Below the pieces are notes generated by a model, which saw only the letters and a list, made by a program, of their open reading frames with translations, was not told the DNA's origin and did no database searches. From an uncultured Lachnospiraceae bacterium (GTDB lineage: Bacteria > Bacillota > Clostridia > Lachnospirales > Lachnospiraceae), in NCBI GenBank assembly GCA_949076555.1, contig CARUOB010000007.1, positions 3,882-67,881 of the forward strand: a stretch of DNA of 64,000 nt, written 5' to 3'. The position numbers and the translations under genes are program-made. This document shows positions 62,824-64,000 of the stretch, one piece after another. Numbering within the stretch: the stretch's first letter is position 1; each line of letters begins with the position of its first letter.

Positions 62824-63666
62824 CTATATTTCTCTCAGATACGCCGCAATGGCGTCATGCCAGTCCGCAAACATAAAGTCCGTAGTCATTTTAAACATAT
62901 AGTTTTCCAGAATGGAGTATGCCGGGCGCTTCACCGCCGCGCCGTATTCCTCCGAGGTAATCGCCTCAACCACAGTCTTTTTCCCTGCCAGCCGGAATAT
63001 CTCCTCCGTAAACTGCGCCCAACTGCAGTCCCCCTCACAGGTGGCGTGGAACAGCCCGTAGTTTTCCGTGGGAAGCAGGTAGACAACCGCCTTGGCAAGC
63101 TCCGCCGCGCTGGTAGGCGATCCCACCTGATCCCGCACCACTCTCACCTTATCGTTCGTCTCGGAAAGACGCAGCATCGTCTTCACAAAGTTCTTTCCGT
63201 CCCCGTAAAGCCATGCCGTGCGCAGGATAAAATGCCTGTCGCTAAACTCCTTTACAAATTCCTCTCCCGCCAGCTTCGTCCTCCCGTAAGCGCCCTGTGG
63301 GCCAACCGGGTCGGTTTCCTTATAAGGTCTTGTCCCGTTTCCGTCAAACACATAGTCCGTGGAGATGTGCATCAGCTTCGCGCCCGTCTCCTCTGCCGCT
63401 ATGCTTAAATTGCGCGCACCCACCGCATTGATACGGAAAGCCAGATCCTCCTCCTTCTCACATGCCTCCACCGCCGTGTAAGCCGCGCAGTTGATAATGG
63501 CATAAGGTTTCACCTCTCTGGCGAACTTCATCACCTCGTCCACCTTCGTGATATCCAGCTCCCCCACATCCGTGTTGACCAGTTCATATTCCGTGCTGTT
63601 TGCATATTCCAGATTCACAGCCCGTCCAAGCTGCCCGTTGCAGCCTGTCACGATTATCTTCTTCAT
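62824..63666 (-). CDS. rfbD: dTDP-4-dehydrorhamnose reductase (RmlD)
   Basis: TGCNGQLG, INCAAYTAV, ISTDYVFDG, YGRTKLAGE, RTAWLYG, DQVGSPT, RPAYS. Confidence 0.95.
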   Translation of the reverse strand: MKKIIVTGCNGQLGRAVNLEYANSTEYELVNTDVGELDITKVDEVMKFAREVKPYAIINCAAYTAVEACEKEEDLAFRINAVGARNLSIAAEETGAKLMHISTDYVFDGNGTRPYKETDPVGPQGAYGRTKLAGEEFVKEFSDRHFILRTAWLYGDGKNFVKTMLRLSETNDKVRVVRDQVGSPTSAAELAKAVVYLLPTENYGLFHATCEGDCSWAQFTEEIFRLAGKKTVVEAITSEEYGAAVKRPAYSILENYMFKMTTDFMFADWHDAIAAYLREI

Positions 63667-63844
63667 ATCTGTTTTATCCTTTCTCCGGTTTCCTGCCGCT
63701 CATGAAAAAACCGGATTTATGCTTTCTATTCTAACACATACCGCGCCAAACATGCACGAGAATTTTATACTGGCAGCGCAAAGTGCGGCGCAAAGATGTT
63801 ACTATTATACGCCATCCGCCCGTATTCACACAATGAAATTCTTC

Positions 63845-64000
63845 TCAGGACATCGAAAAGTGCTTAAATATCCCCCGCATCCCAACGGCAATCACAAGCG
63901 ACACGGCAGCCGCGAACAGGACAACCGCATATTCCATTCCCCCGCAAATTTCAAACAGGGCGCCGTACAAGGCGTTGCCAAAGGGCTGTGCACACATGGC
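63845..64000 (-). CDS. Partial CDS (3' end only), probable MFS transporter
   Basis: Manual translation ..AMCAQPFGNALYGALFEICGGMEYAVVLFAAAVSLVIAVGMRGIFKHFSMS* gives two hydrophobic helices with a P.G....G.L pattern typical of MFS TM11-12. Confidence 0.6.
   Translation of the reverse strand, partial: AMCAQPFGNALYGALFEICGGMEYAVVLFAAAVSLVIAVGMRGIFKHFSMS

Overview
This window is almost entirely one very large surface-glycan biosynthesis region from a spore-forming Clostridia-class bacterium, most likely Lachnospiraceae-like. That assignment is inferred from sigma-A-type promoters, a Spo0A effector-domain gene and the gene families present. About 50 genes lie on the minus strand and only one (a PRTase-fold gene) on the plus strand. 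Nucleotide-sugar pathways include pseudaminic acid (pseB, pseC, a PLP-enzyme::PseG fusion, pseF, pseI, plus a sialyltransferase-like GT), GDP-fucose (gmd, fcl), dTDP-rhamnose (rfbD), dTDP-4-amino-6-deoxygalactose (rffA plus a GNAT), UDP-HexNAcA (WbpO/WbpP-like) and a PglF/PglE/PglC-like amino-sugar module. Assembly genes include two initiating phosphoglycosyltransferases, a Wzy/EpsG polymerase, a Wzz-like protein, a PglK-like ABC exporter, an O-antigen-ligase-like protein, two polyprenol-phosphate glycosyltransferases, a GtrA flippase and eight predicted GT-C-fold membrane proteins. Interspersed are argC, mtnA, an AAA-ATPase/PD-(D/E)xK gene, an Rpn-family nuclease and a stand-alone Spo0A DNA-binding domain. 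The intergenic DNA carries two families of covarying, co-oriented palindromic REP-like repeats, one copy of which has been absorbed into a protein C-terminus. It also carries a perfect 66-bp palindrome and a triplicated gene end. No CRISPR array, rRNA or tRNA was seen. All assignments come from motif recognition by eye with no database search. Several starts were moved from the ORF track to the codon with a Shine-Dalgarno site.
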